Below, in pieces: positions 1 to 13,218 of a stretch of DNA of 64,000 bases (position 1 is the stretch's first letter; each line of letters opens with the position of its first letter). Source of the stretch: Trichinella spiralis. Its lineage: Eukaryota. A program made the position numbers and the translations under genes. The notes beneath the pieces are model-generated. The model was not told the origin of the DNA. It did no database searches and saw only the letters and a list, made by a program, of their open reading frames with translations. The DNA is taken from contig NW_003526940.1 of the NCBI RefSeq assembly GCF_000181795.1, forward strand, positions 1,879,854 to 1,943,853, written 5' to 3'.

Positions 1-3000
1 ACTTTGTTTTTTAAAAAATCAGCATAGATCATGTGATCAGGAAGGTTCCCAAATCCATGCATTATATTTATGATCAGTTGTAAATTCATTGTACCATTCG
101 TATTGCATGTGTAATACTGAGGTGAAGATGTTTGTTTTCATGAAAAATAAAAGAGGGAGAAAATTGTTATCAGGGTTTTAATGTGTAATAAGCGGACAGT
201 TTTGAAACATTTTGTTATTCTTGATGCTTAATATGTTCAACGGCACTATAATTTCTCTGTCCAATACTAGCGCTATTAGTCCATTACTCGCCACCATGAA
301 TATGAGCAGTATTTCATGGATCATCGTTTAATTGCATGGGAAAAGCAGCAAAGTAACTAAAATTGTTGAAATAAATTTATGACGCAATAGTACTTGTTCA
401 TACATAAATAAATGAGGAAAATCAGTGAATGAAATGTGCGTGTGCTTGCCTATGAACAGTACTGTTTTTAGAAGGCTTCGTCTATAGCTAATTGCAGATA
501 TTTTTTCTGATATTATTGATTGTGGATTTTTGATGACTATTATCGGAGAAATTGATAACCATTTCTTAAAGAAAAAATGAAATTAATGTTTGAATTTTAC
601 TTTGTCGTGAGAAACCAATTTGTTTGTTTTATTCTTTCATGGAAATATCTCAAATCAAAATTGCCGTCTCCATTATTTTTGTGTTTAGATATTAGAAATT
701 AGAAAGATAATATTGCTTACTGTAGAGTTTTCTTTCAGGTATGTATACTTTTGAATATAATTAACTTCCATTTTTTTATAATACAGTCGAAAACACTAAT
801 TTGTATAATAAAATCTGTATAATGGAAAATGAAAATTAGTTGTCATTACCTGAAATAAATTTTAACCAATGGCGTATTAAATTTATGAAAATAATCATAA
901 AGAGAAGGGATATTAGCGTTAGGCGCATTTGAAAGAAGGACTTAGATGGCAGACCAGCAGAAGAAGCTAATGATGTAAATCACAGTGAATATTACAAAGA
1001 GAATTTTAATACAGAATTGGTATAATTGTTATGAGAAATTCTATATTACTGACAAGCATGAAAACAATGAATAGTAATATTAATTACATGAAAAGCCAAT
1101 CCCAGGAATGAAAGGTTACTTTGAGATGTATTTCCAGGAATTGTGATTCGTTACTCCTGCATGATGTTGCATCCGTCAAGCATTCGATTTATTACATTTA
1201 TAGTGCTGCGTCGGCAAATTTCTAAGAAGCGTGTCGAAGCTGTTGACATGCGCGGTAATAAAGATCAAAGTGAATGTTCAGAGTTTGAAGTTATGACAAT
1301 TGAAATAATTTTTGTTGCTGTTCTACTTTATGCAGCTGCCAGTGTTGCAACACTTAAGCGTTTGATTTATCACTTTGACAGTCAATTATAATGCTATGAT
1401 CATACAAATTTGAATTAAATTGAAATAATAATTTAGCAATTTTATTCTGAAAGTGCAATTTGATTTTTCAACTGTCACTTTGCAAAATTTACCTTAAGCA
1501 GGTTTAAAGATTTTTTCCAGCCGTTTCTTAAATAACAGACTAAATTCATATTTTGTCAGAAATCAATGCAAAACAGCAATTAATGAAATTAATTATTTAA
1601 TAAAACAACAACAGTATCATTTTCACAATCAAATAACAGTTTTAGATTTTATATATTGTATAGAGTTGGCAATAATAAAAAATTGTTTAAATAAATAAGT
1701 ATGAAACATAACAATATAATAAAGTAATAGTGAATGAATGAGCAGACGAGTAGTAGTAAATAATGATGATGGCAGTTATTCAGTAGTCATTTCAACTGTA
1801 GTAGAAGCGCCAGATAGAATTTGACTGTAGCGAGATTGGAAAATTTTTTCATACAATATTGCAGCTCCAAGGCAGCTAGGAGTGAAAAGCCAAACAAAGA
1901 AAATGCATTTCAGCGGCCAATAGATTGGTATAATGAAGATATGCATTCAGCAAAATAATCAATAAATCGAAANNNNNNNNNNTAAACACCTTAAAGGAAT
2001 TCATTGGTGCTTTTTAATTCATCAAAAAAAGAGCAAACTTTATTAATTAAAAATTTATGAAATCCAATTTGTTACTAAAAAATTCATTTAAAACAGGTCA
2101 AATGAACGCGAGAGATTAAATCATTAGCTTAGATAACCTCATTTTAAAAGGATCAAAATCTTTAATCATACAATAAAATAGACACATTCCAAAACTTAAA
2201 AAGTGCAAATTAACATCAGGAAATAACATTTGTCTACTAACAAAACGAACAATTCTTGACAATTTTCATTGTTCATCGAATAAAATTCGTCAAACTCGAA
2301 GTTCAAGTTCGAATTTTTCACACAACATGATAACGAAGCAGTGTGATTAATTTATAAATAATGAATGCTAAATAATTAAAATAAAAATGCGACAATAATC
2401 GATCACTGTTTCAAAGTAAACTTTTACATTACGCAAGTTTCAAAACGTTACAGTGATGATAGTGGACACATTCTTACTGTAACGATGCGTATGCTTAACC
2501 GGAATAAAACATAATATTTAATAATTTATTTACAAGTATTTAAATTTTCACTTTTCACAGAACTTCTCACTTTCAGAACGAATTTTAAACATAGCCAAAA
2601 ATAAAGTACCATTTACAGAAAGACTAATAATGAAATTCAGGTAACAAAAGTTAGTGACATTTGAATAGAAGAAGTTCTAACATAAAATTTTATGCTTCAT
2701 AATAATTCAGTTTCCGTTTCATATGCAGAATTTTACAAAAACATGTAGCGCGATCGACAGCATTTAAGAAAACGAGGTTGTCCCAAATTCAGAAGTATAG
2801 ATGTTACGCCAGATATGAACAATTTACAAAAGTTAATATTTGGCCACCCTTTTGGCAAAAGTTAATATTTGGTGGCTACGGTTTGACAAATTTTGATAAT
2901 GATCTGATTTTAGAGAAAAAAATAAAGAAAGTTTTAGCTTTGGAAAATTTACGCTATGATTTGTTTTCTTCTAATTCATTTTTATCCAATAGCTTACTGA

Positions 3001-4239
3001 ACTCAACTATTATTATTTATTGCACCGTCAAGCTGGTTATATTACAATTTCAGTTCTACAGCACATATGGATGTTCAAAGTTAAAGAATATAATACTAGA
3101 CACAGCTGGTTCTGCTAGAGAGTTCTTCACAGGAGAAACCATGGAATAACTTTGACTTTATGGATGAACGATATGTTGAAATGATGATTGTATTTATTTA
3201 TTACGGAATCACACTGCAAATTGTTTAATTATCAATAATCAGTAGCGTCAACAAATAGCAGTTTCACTCGATCACACAGACGGTCTTCCGGCTTCAAATA
3301 GCAATAAAAGAATTCGACATCGTGCTTCATTTGGTATCATTAAGCGTTGTCATGGCATAAAAGAACTGCTTCTTTCAAAGTCCAAAGTTCTCTCCGGAGC
3401 AAACATGAGAGGTGAAAAGTCGGCGGAACAGGTGGCGAGTAGTATAATTACACATCATTACACTTACGCGGAATCATCATTATCATTACATCAACATTAT
3501 TCTACATCAGAGCAACGCTTCTTGGAGTTTAGGAACGAACCACTTGTTTGTTACTAAAGTTCGGGCAAGAGAACTAATAATCACTTTGAACCGAAAAAGA
3601 TTCACAGTTCATCGCTGCAACACTTCGGTAATGAATCCGCCATAGCGATCCGTAAACTAATTCTGATTGGGTGAGGTACCACACCTAAAACCAACAAGAA
3701 AAAGTAAACTCTCCTTCAACAGTATATTTTGTACCAAAATCTGACGATTCCCTTCACAAGAAAATACTGTCGTTAAATTAATATAAAATGACGATTTGTA
3801 GGCAATCGCCCTGTATGAAATTGATAACGACCAATTTTTTGTGGCTTCTTCGCCTTAGTGCCTAGTGATGGTCGCGGACAGCATCAGCAATGCCAGTTCG
3901 CTCTCCCTTCCCCGCTTCGCGACTACAAGACATCAGCACAAGTATAATTTCTTTATTCAGCAAATAAGCACAAGATAAAAATACAATAAACACAATACAC
4001 GAACAATACAGCACAACACGAAAAATAATAATGAATTAATTCATTGCTATCCTGATCGCGCCAATTTCAGCAAATGGTACCCGGAAATTAGCTATTTCCG
4101 GGTAATAAGCAAAATCTAAGCAGCACATTCTCTTTGAAGATCACTCAACACCGTGATTACATTCGACGAGAGTGATTCTAAATACCACATGGGCATCTTC
4201 AAAACATCTTATTCAAATGACAAATCAGCATTTTCACAG

Positions 4240-4600
4240 ACTTGTTGAAACATAATTTCAACTGGGTATTCTCCTGTTGCCAAGAGAAGCGTTTGCCAGA
4301 AGTAATCGTTGCATGCATGATCTGGTGGGTAGAACGTCCCTAGAAGCTGATGATACTGAGAAACTAACGGAGCTTAAGCACACTTTCAACGGTAACGGCT
4401 TGATGCCTTCGTAGGAAACGTACGATGTTATATCAGTAATAAAAAAGAAGCAAAAACTGCATGTCAGCTTAGGAAAGTCGCGTCTATAACACTGGCGGAC
4501 TGCGACGCTGAATCTGCGATTAGTAAAACAGCTACGCCACACCTGCTTTGCAGAATAATTTCCATTATCCTTCAATGCGCCCTTCGCATCAGTCCTAGTG
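4240..4600 (+). mobile_element. Possible heavily decayed reverse-transcriptase C-terminal region (Penelope-like)
   Basis: Broken frames read STGYSPVAKRSV and DLVGRTSLEADDTEKLTELKHTFNGNG. These resemble the SxHP..KRSV..VDRA..ELKHxFxxNGYP segment that follows RT in Penelope-like elements. Several stops and frameshifts; resemblance judged by eye. Confidence 0.25.
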
Positions 4601-5423
4601 TAGGGATGTTGAGGTGAGCCTGGTGTCGATTTTTGCCAAGAGCGCAGTTGTTTGCCAAGCTTGATACAATTTTGTCATAAGTTTCCATCGGAACGGCAGT
4701 GATTCATGAAAAGAAATTATCAGATCTGTTGGCCATTTCCTTTACGTTGGCAAAATTTCCATTTCAATTATCATTTCCATGTTCACAAGTAGACAACACA
4801 AAAATTGGTTACGGAGAAACCATGCATTCTGGTCAATAGCATTGCCACAACTTTAGTTCATCACGAAACATCTGGAACGACTTCACGTTGCCAACTGCAA
4901 ATGGAGTAGTGATCACAAGGAAGCGCTACATTTTAGATATGCCAAAACGTTACAACAGACGTCATTTAAGGTTTTTGTACGATGAATCTTGAACGAGTTC
5001 CACTAATTCATCAACCTCATTAGCGATTAATTCTAAAAAGGATGAGATGACGTGGCAAAATTTTGTCAAAAACACTACAATTTGAACTTATACCTGTGAA
5101 ATCCCAGTCCACGGGTTTTGCTTATAGAAGGGCAGTAGTTAAATCGCGGCAATGCGAACAAACCAGTGAATTATTCTTCTTTACTACATATTCATACCAA
5201 CTTTCCATATTAATCATTCCACATCACCACGCCAGTTCTATTACTACTGTATCTCTACAGTATTTATTGATTTTCAAGGTGAAATACTCAGCAGTCTTCC
5301 TTCAGCTGAACATAATAATAAATTAATTATGGTTTACTGATTTCACAAAATGAATAATATATTATCAGAAAAACTATTTTTAATATTGCAATAACAGTTA
5401 AAACAAAGCTTTTGAAATAATTG

Positions 5424-6760
5424 TGTTGTAAACGACAAAACAGAGGATTTTGTAGTTGACGTGATGGAACCTGAATATCATTACAGTAAGACAAAAAGAA
5501 GGAGAGAGAGGAAGACTGATTGATTGACGGAAGTTTGGAGAACTGACGTGTTGAAACGCGTGTGACTGTAGCTTAACTTGTGTAGTTGTGACTCTTAACG
5601 GATACGATTTAGTTATTGGTTGACTTTGTTCATATGGTCAGAATAAAGTTGTGTCATCACTCAGTTGTGCTTCTTATTTCCCGAACGCAACGTGAGAGTG
5701 GTGTTGACGCGACAGAAGTTGGATAGTCGATATTGAACTTGACTTTCTACCTAGACAAAAATGGTCACAAAGAACCCGACTATCAGATCAAGTGTAGCCA
5801 GAATTATTTGACGCGGCTGCTACATGTTTTGGTACCACGAGTCTGGAACACACCGACGGATTTCGCAGACGGGACAGTCTCTGAGAAGCAGAACCTCATT
5901 GACTGAAGAAGTTGAGATTTCAGAACGGCTTCTCTACAAAAATTAAATGGCGAATTTGAAACTGTTCAGATCGATACTTGAGATGGACAAATTGCTTCAT
6001 TATTCCTCAATTGCGTTGGCTGACATCAGCCATTGACGATCTGAATGATACTTTGGATAGTGAAAAAGAGCGCAGACAGATCTGCTTGGTGAAAATCTCT
6101 GACCGATCAGCGAAGCAATGGAAAATATTGACGATTTTTTCGACGAACGACAAACTCTCAGTTCAAAGATACTGGAACTCTGCAGAACGTGCAAATGGAT
6201 CCAGTAACAGGGGAACATCTGATCCACTCAATCAGAACACATTCCCCAATGTGCGACTTCCAAAGCTGGAAATAAAGAAGTTTGATGTAAATTTTTGTGA
6301 TTGGTAAGGATTTCAGGACGAGTTTAGAACTTCGATACATGCCAACACGACGCCAACATGATCCAGAACTTCAGCTATCTCTGATCACTCCTCACTGGAA
6401 ACGTTGCTCCACCAATAGCAGGTCGTTCTTTGACGAACAAATGACGAAGCCGCGATGCCCGCCCGCAAATGATGAATTAGAAAACAAGAAGTAATAATTG
6501 AAGAGCATATGAAAGAACAGTAAAAGCTGCCAGTGGTTACCACTGAATGGAACTTACTGCGTCTTCGACAATTGATAAATCAAATGGAATCACATGTGCA
6601 CTTCCTCGAAGCATTAGGAACATTCCCAGAGACATATCAAGCGCGATGATTGGACGATTGCAATGCTTACATTGCCATCAAGTTTTGGAAAGAAATACTA
6701 CGAGCAGTTGTCACAAATGTGACTGCCTGAGGATGAAGAAATCATTATCGAAGAACACAT
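5424..6760 (+). mobile_element. Decayed BEL/Pao LTR retrotransposon 5' part (putative LTR about 5424-5692 plus gag remnant)
   Basis: ORF 5978-6307 ends NVRLPKLEIKKFDVNFCDW and continues after a stop as GFQDEFRTSIHAN, matching the BEL/Pao gag motif LPKLELPxFDGxxxxWxxFWDxFxxSIH (DUF1759-type). Upstream segment starts TGTTG, has AATAAA near 5642 and is followed by TGGTG (PBS-like). Confidence 0.75.
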
Positions 6761-7365
6761 AAAACAATGAAACGTAATAATCCAAAAGTGGCTTCCAATA
6801 CTCGAATATATTTGTCGCTTCGTCTGCGGAATTATATTTATTAGCATTCGAATGTGAAGATTATTGTTCTTTATTGAGCTTGTTATTGCCGATACATCGT
6901 ATTCATTTTTCATCTGATACTTAATGATTTCTTTGATATTTGTGTATTTTCTCAATAAATGAAAAGTTATTCTTTTGATGATGGTTAAATTTTTTTTGTT
7001 GTTTTCGAATTCACTTGTTATCAGTATCAAGTACTATAAAATAAAATTCGAGCAAAAGTATACAATGACTAATTTGCGCAGCTGTCTGTAAGAAGGGTAA
7101 ATTTCTATAATCCCGCATTCTATTTTTCAGTTCACTCCATAATATCGTTCTTGTTTGTGTTCGATGGCAATTCACCTGTAAGTAATTTACATTAAAATTA
7201 AATTAGTACTTATTTGAAAGTTATAAAAGATAATACAAACTGAATATAGAAAAAGTCAAACATAATGTTATAGTGGAGGATTAGACTGGATAAAATTTAA
7301 AGTAACTGTAATGAAAATTTAAAATTATGAAAAAGTATGCAAAATTATACAAATTGTAATTGAAT

Positions 7366-7500
7366 TACAATCGTACTTGGTTAGGTGCACATTGGATAAG
7401 TGCATCGTTTTGCTGCGTTTCACTGGATTTAGTGTTCGCAATATATAGTCCTAAAGTGCACAGTAGGCGCGTTTCCGGCCGCTTTACGTTTATCATCCGC
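7366..7500. mobile_element. Remnant of a pogo/Tc1-like MITE end, related to 52376-52512
   Basis: TACAATCGTACTTGGTTAGGTGCA resembles TACAGTCGAACTTGATTAAGTGCA at 52376; both carry the internal motif TGGATAAGTGCAT. Confidence 0.4.
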
Positions 7501-7938
7501 CATAACAACTATTGATAGTTGGCAAAGTTTATTGTTCGCTATATCAAAATAAGGAATCAGCACTGTTGGAGATCCATAAAATATATTTAAAAAAGAAATA
7601 ATTATACTAAAATCACACTGAACCAGTGTAAAAATAACAGCAATGAACATATGAAACCTCATAAGAGTACGATGCATCTGGAAAAAAAAAGTCTCTATGA
7701 AGATTAAATCCTCTGAATTGTAGTTGTCAGTGATAGCACGGACGCAGTACACTGCTGAATCCAGGTTTCCGCAATAATTTTCATCCATTTAAATAACTTT
7801 TTTTCTTCAATTACTGGGGCATTTTGAACAACTTTAAATTAATACTAAAATGTTTAAATTTAGGAAATATAGTTTATAAAATAATATTTTTATCACAAGT
7901 GTGATTACTGATGGAAATTTGAAAATTTTAGCTTGAAA

Positions 7939-9018
7939 TTATTTTTGAAATATTGTGCTGTCAAATTCCTTCAACTGTTTTTTGAAAGTTGTAACACGTT
8001 TCACTTGTTGTTCTAATACTTCGTTGGCTGGTTTACGCCACTGATTATATTCTAATCCAAGCATACCGCCGATCACTTCCTATGACAAATTAGCCATATG
8101 AATATGAAAGAGTGAAATTATGTTTAAAAGAAAAAGTATGCCAATATAGTGATGTTGTTTACCTGGCCAAACCACGATGGAACCAGCGATTCATTTTCTA
8201 TGATGTGCGCCATGCCTCCTTCCAAACCAAAGTAAACTACAAAGTAAGAAAATCCAGCTGGAATCTGTAATTTTTAAAATCATTAAAATCAAATAAAAAA
8301 GCAAAGAAATAATAAAATTACCACTCTTTTAACATCTCTTTCCTTCATATCAATCAACACCGCATTATCTCTGGAGCTATCCTCACATTCCATTATTGCT
8401 TGCTTCGTATTGATTAAAGAATTCGTTGTATTAGAAGAAAAAAAAACATAATAATAAAGCAAAATACTTTGAAATACATCGGTGCACATTCGAAGATCTT
8501 TTTACTGACAGGTATACATTCCAGAAAACAATGAGGCATGTGTTTGACATTTTTGGCAGTTTCGAAAAAGATACAACACAAACTTTGTGTACGAAACATT
8601 GCCACCAATTTTTCACGCCAAAACTAATAAACAAACAAACAAATAGTTGCAATAAAAGTTATTAAAATGAAAAAAATTTAAAAGTTGGTAACATATGTAT
8701 ATATATATCTGCTTACTTTGATTTCATCCAACACATCTTCGTCCATTTGTGCACAACTGGAAACGTGATTCAACGGTGCAATCAGGCAATGATTGCGGAC
8801 GAGGGGTTTGTTTTTCGGCAAAGCCAAATAAGTCTGCAGCAATTTGCATGAATCAGTGAAGTATTATAACGTTGAGAATTTGTTAATTCATAATTCTACG
8901 AGTGGAAAAGAAAAGGAAAAGCAAACCTGATTGCCAAATGCAATTACAAAATGCCTGTCCAATTTCCCTTCGACGCATCTTACGCAAGTGTCCAATTTCT
9001 GTTCCTGGCGTCGAAAAT
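7939..9018 (-). CDS. CWF19L2: CWF19-like protein 2 (CwfJ C-terminal domains), 5'-partial; exons 9018-8927, 8833-8717, 8623-8468, 8402-8322, 8264-8163, 8079-7939
   Basis: Six GT-AG exons splice in frame to about 229 aa: ..KLDTCVRCVEGKLDRHFVIAFGNQ/TYLALP..HCLIAPLNHVSSCAQMDEDVLDEIK/FWREKLVAMF..FETAK..HCFLECIPV..APMYFK/QAIMECE..LID..DVKRV/IPAGFSYFVVYFGLEGGMAHIIE..WFGQ/EVIGGMLGL..WRK..FD..*. This follows the CWF19L2 C-terminus motif by motif. No upstream exon identified. Confidence 0.9.
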
Positions 9019-10690
9019 CTTGAGAAGAAAAAATTAATTAACATTTTATTCAACACTTTCAGTATTACAATGACTAAGTTTGAAAAAAAATTGTTGCACG
9101 TATTTATTATTATTATTATTAGATTTCTTTTTGATATTCAACTTTTTTCCTGATCAATAATGATTGCAAAATCAATTTTATACATTTGCAAGTACAATCA
9201 ATCAATTTCATAATAATAATTACTTCAGTTTGGTCACAACAGTGAAACACATAAGCACATTCAACTAATTGCGCACACATTTGAAAAAGCCTGTTTTGCA
9301 TTAAAAATCACCGCTGTCAAAAGTTATCTCATTCAAAAATCAAAAACACTACCCAAATGATGGATGATCAACGTGCTTACGTGCGCTTTTGGCGTCAATA
9401 ACAATCGCCGAAAGCTCATCCATCCGTGATAGGAAAAATTATTTAAAAGAAAAAAAAAGAACAAATATGACAAAAAAGCTGTACAAAAATTTCAGCTCTG
9501 CTTCATCTAGGAAAACTGCATGCATAAAAGAAGAAGAGCATCGGTTCTTCTTGGAAAATTAATCACAAATATTTTTGCGGGTCAATAATTTGTCTTATCT
9601 TCACAATTATCATCAAACGGTGACAAATGTTGCAGGCAATAATTCACACTGTTGAACTAACTGTTCGCTTGATTTAGAAAATTATGAATTATTATCAACT
9701 GACGACGTCAAATAATAATCTTTCTTTATAGATGGACAATTTCCTCGTGCGCAATTTGTCCAAATGTCGTGCAAAATTTATAACAGAAGCTGTTTGTTCT
9801 TGTTTTTCCAATTATCGACCAATTATGAATATTTTCCCTTCAAACAGCCTCAATTTCAACAGCACAAATATCACGTCACATTATCATAATAACAAAAAAA
9901 ATAAGCAAGAATTTCAGCAATATTCGTCGTCTGATTGCTTTCTCGAATCTCATCAATATCAATAATTGTGCACTGCATTCACTTCATCAACTGCAGCATA
10001 CGGTCCAATAAATAATGTTTTGATTGATTCCACAAGAGAAGTCATTTCAAGAATGCTGACACAAACAACAACAACATAGAAAAAAGATATTCTATACAAG
10101 CAACTACAACTAAAGCTGGGAATAAGATTTTTCACAATTGAACAAGTAAAAAAAAATGTCTTCTTTTCTACACATCTAATTAATGATAATCGACACATGT
10201 AAGCATAAGAGAAAACAATCTTCAATTGTAAAAATCTCAACAACCTGAGCACCTTCAATAAGAAAGCCTATTTATCAAACTGATGCTAAATTCATCCATC
10301 AAATCGTTAACAACTTTTACAAAACAACAAACAACTGTTTTTAAAGTATTCAATGCAAATTGATACAAAATTTGTGAACACGGAAAAGGAAACAAGGCAA
10401 AAATTACGTGAACAATAAATAAATTCATCTTCCATGCAGTAGTACAATTTTCAATTAGAAAAATACTTATATATTTTTTAATTTTTATATACAAATAATC
10501 GACAATAATTTTAACAAAAGTTGCATAGTTGGATAATTTCTTTTCTAAATACTGCTTCTAAAAAAATTAATAAGCATAAAATTCATTACAACAAATAATA
10601 ACAAAGGCATGCAAAAAAGAAGATAACAATCAGATAACTGATAATAATAATAATAGTTAAAGCATAATGAAAAACCGTTGCAGAACCAAC

Positions 10691-10789
10691 CTTGCCTGTG
10701 GGTTGAATTGGCGTCGAGCCGGCGCCTGGACGACCATTATCATTAAGATTGGTGAACAAGGCGGCGCCGGCGGTAGTCGAAGCTGTCAT
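10691..10789 (-). CDS. Candidate first coding exon of an unidentified gene (MTASTTAGAALFTNLNDNGRPGAGSTPIQPTGK)
   Basis: GC-rich island in AT-rich DNA with an ATG at 10789, an open frame and a donor-like AAG|GTTGGT. No recognisable homology. A plus-strand donor CAG|GTAAGG near 10894 is an alternative reading. Confidence 0.3.
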
Positions 10790-11283
10790 GTGCCGGTGCA
10801 GCAGAAAAAGCCAAACTAGCCCCGGCACCGACCCTGCAGCTTTGCTTGGGGCGTGGCGGTGTCCCCGGACAAGATATTCCCAACCAGTAACCAGGTAAGG
10901 AGAAGAAGAATATGAATAGGAAGAATAAGACGTGGAAGAAGAAGAAGAAGAAGAAGAATCAAGCAAAACTAGCAACCATTAAGCGCAATGGACAGATGTG
11001 AAAATTTAAAACGCCACTCCACGGCGCCGGCCCATAGAAGCCATGATCGGTCCGCGAATACAACGGCTCGCTTTGCTAGCGCTCGTCTACGCCACTCCCA
11101 CCACGTCCGAAAGCCGCATTCCTGATCGACAGCAAGATGTTTACTACGACATTTTCTACGATAGCAGTATGCAAAACTGAACCATTGAAAAAAACACCGA
11201 AATATTATATATATACTTTTTTTTTCAACAAACAAACTGCTTAATAATTAATTGAAATTCAAGTTGCCCAAGCNNNNNNNNNN

Positions 11284-13218
11284 GAAAGCTAAATAATAAG
11301 TCTCGATTCATTTCTTCTTATCCTATCTATGATAAACTACGATAAAAGTAAATAAATTTTTTGATTTCTAAAAAACTGTTTCAGTATTAAAAAAATTATG
11401 AATGAGAATAATTTTATTACAATTTAGAACATTATTTTTACAACAAATTACCCATTAAATGATATATTTAATGGTTCAAATTAAATGCGTTTTCTATTTG
11501 TCATTTACTCTTGTAATGAAACTTCAAAAAATTGAATAATCGACCATTTTTTTCAGTTAAAAAATATGGAAATTTTTGAATTTATTGTGACAACCTTATT
11601 TTGATTTGAACCTGGTTTAAAAATGTCTTGTTTTTTCAATTTTTTACCAGTTTGTGCATGTTGGACATTTTGGAAAATTTAATCTTTTTATTAAGTTCTA
11701 TACCGCCTCCAAACGTTCCTAAAAGTCTCGGTTTATCAATTTTATTTCATCATTTATTTGTTGTTTCGCAAATTTACAAATGCTTTATGATTATTAATAA
11801 TAATAAATCATTATGAATCATGTGATTGTGACATAGGAATGGCAAAATGAACTTGCACAACCGATTGTTACGTTAAATTTGTTGATAATTTTTCAATAAG
11901 CTATTCTATTGTTCGTTTGCATAATGAAAATTTACATTCATGAATATGTAGTATTTGATGGATTTTATATTAAGATTGAATGCTATATTTGCGTAAGGGG
12001 CATTTCATTGTCTAAATGTGTGTAAGTCGAGAAAGCATTTCGACCAAATCGACCAAATTCAGAGGTGATAATGATGAGCTGATAATGAAAAACTGTTGTC
12101 AGCAAAAGTATTATAAATGAGAATTTTTGTACATTAAAAATAGCATATGTCATAGCAAAGTGATGATAATTGGATTTATGAGATGAAATTTGAAAATTCT
12201 ATGTTGAAATTCAAAAAAGATAATTTCATTACTGAATGAAATTCATCAAAAGATGATAATATTTGAAAAAAAATTATTATGATAATAAGAATAATAAAAC
12301 AAAATAAAAGGATACAATAAAAACAGAATGGGAATGGTGGAGTAAAGCAACAAGAAGCCGATGACGTCATCGGTAGCTTGTTGTGCCAACAAGTAGCAAT
12401 TAAATGGAAGACGTGAGACAGCATTTGCATTATTAAACAAACGACGCAGCAGTTTTGACCGTGTGCGTTTGTTTGAGCGAAAAATGAACTTTGTTCACAA
12501 TTGTAATGCTACTTTCACGAGTTTAAGAATTGGTCGATTCGTTCCAATCAACTGAATATTTTATTTAAAATTCCGCTTAAACTTTAAAATGCAAACTGAT
12601 CCATTATTATCATTATCATTCTTCATCCGCATAAGCGGCTTTCATTTTTCAAAATTCTACTCTACATATGCTTTTCCTTTTCTCTCATTAATCCATCATC
12701 ATCATCATCATCACGGATCTCAGCTTCATCTGCGACAATACTCACCTTGAACATTAGCTGCTTCACTTTGAAGGTATATTTGATTCAACAGTTGTATTTG
12801 TTAAGATAAAGTTAAACAATTACTATACAGCTCATTATTCATTATGCTTTCTCCTTTTTTTTAAATTAATTTCATTAAATACTTTTTCTGTGTTGTAATA
12901 AAAATGAAATTTCTACCAGAATTTATCAATAAAAACTATTTTAATTAAAATAAAAATGTAAATAAAGCCGTTGAGATTTTGAACACTTTTTTCGATCACT
13001 TAAAACAATCAAACAGCAATAAAAAGCGGTCTAATAAATGAGTAAATTGCTTTTGAAATGAAATTTCCTTTTGTCAATACGATGTTCATTTATTTTATTT
13101 TTAAATTGTCAGAAAGTGCATTTGTTCAATAAACAACAAAAAGGAAGTTCAATCACAAAGCATAGTAATTCTTTTTTTTTCTTTTGATTTATTTGATGAT
13201 AATTATTAAAATATTAAA
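11284..13218 (+). repeat. About 1.95 kb direct duplication, copy 1 (copy 2 at 40510-42481)
   Basis: Near-identical sequence, including twin ORFs 11628/40867 and 12246/41469, with scattered SNPs and small indels. Copy 1 begins immediately after an N gap. Confidence 0.95.

Noticed and set aside
1..3760. Possible genes in the first 3.7 kb (ORFs at 1143 and 2778, scattered splice-like sites)
   Set aside because: No consistent exon chain or recognisable domain.
4080..4103. Short hairpin CCCGGAAAT-TAGCT-ATTTCCGGG
   Set aside because: Isolated; no associated element end or gene context I could support.
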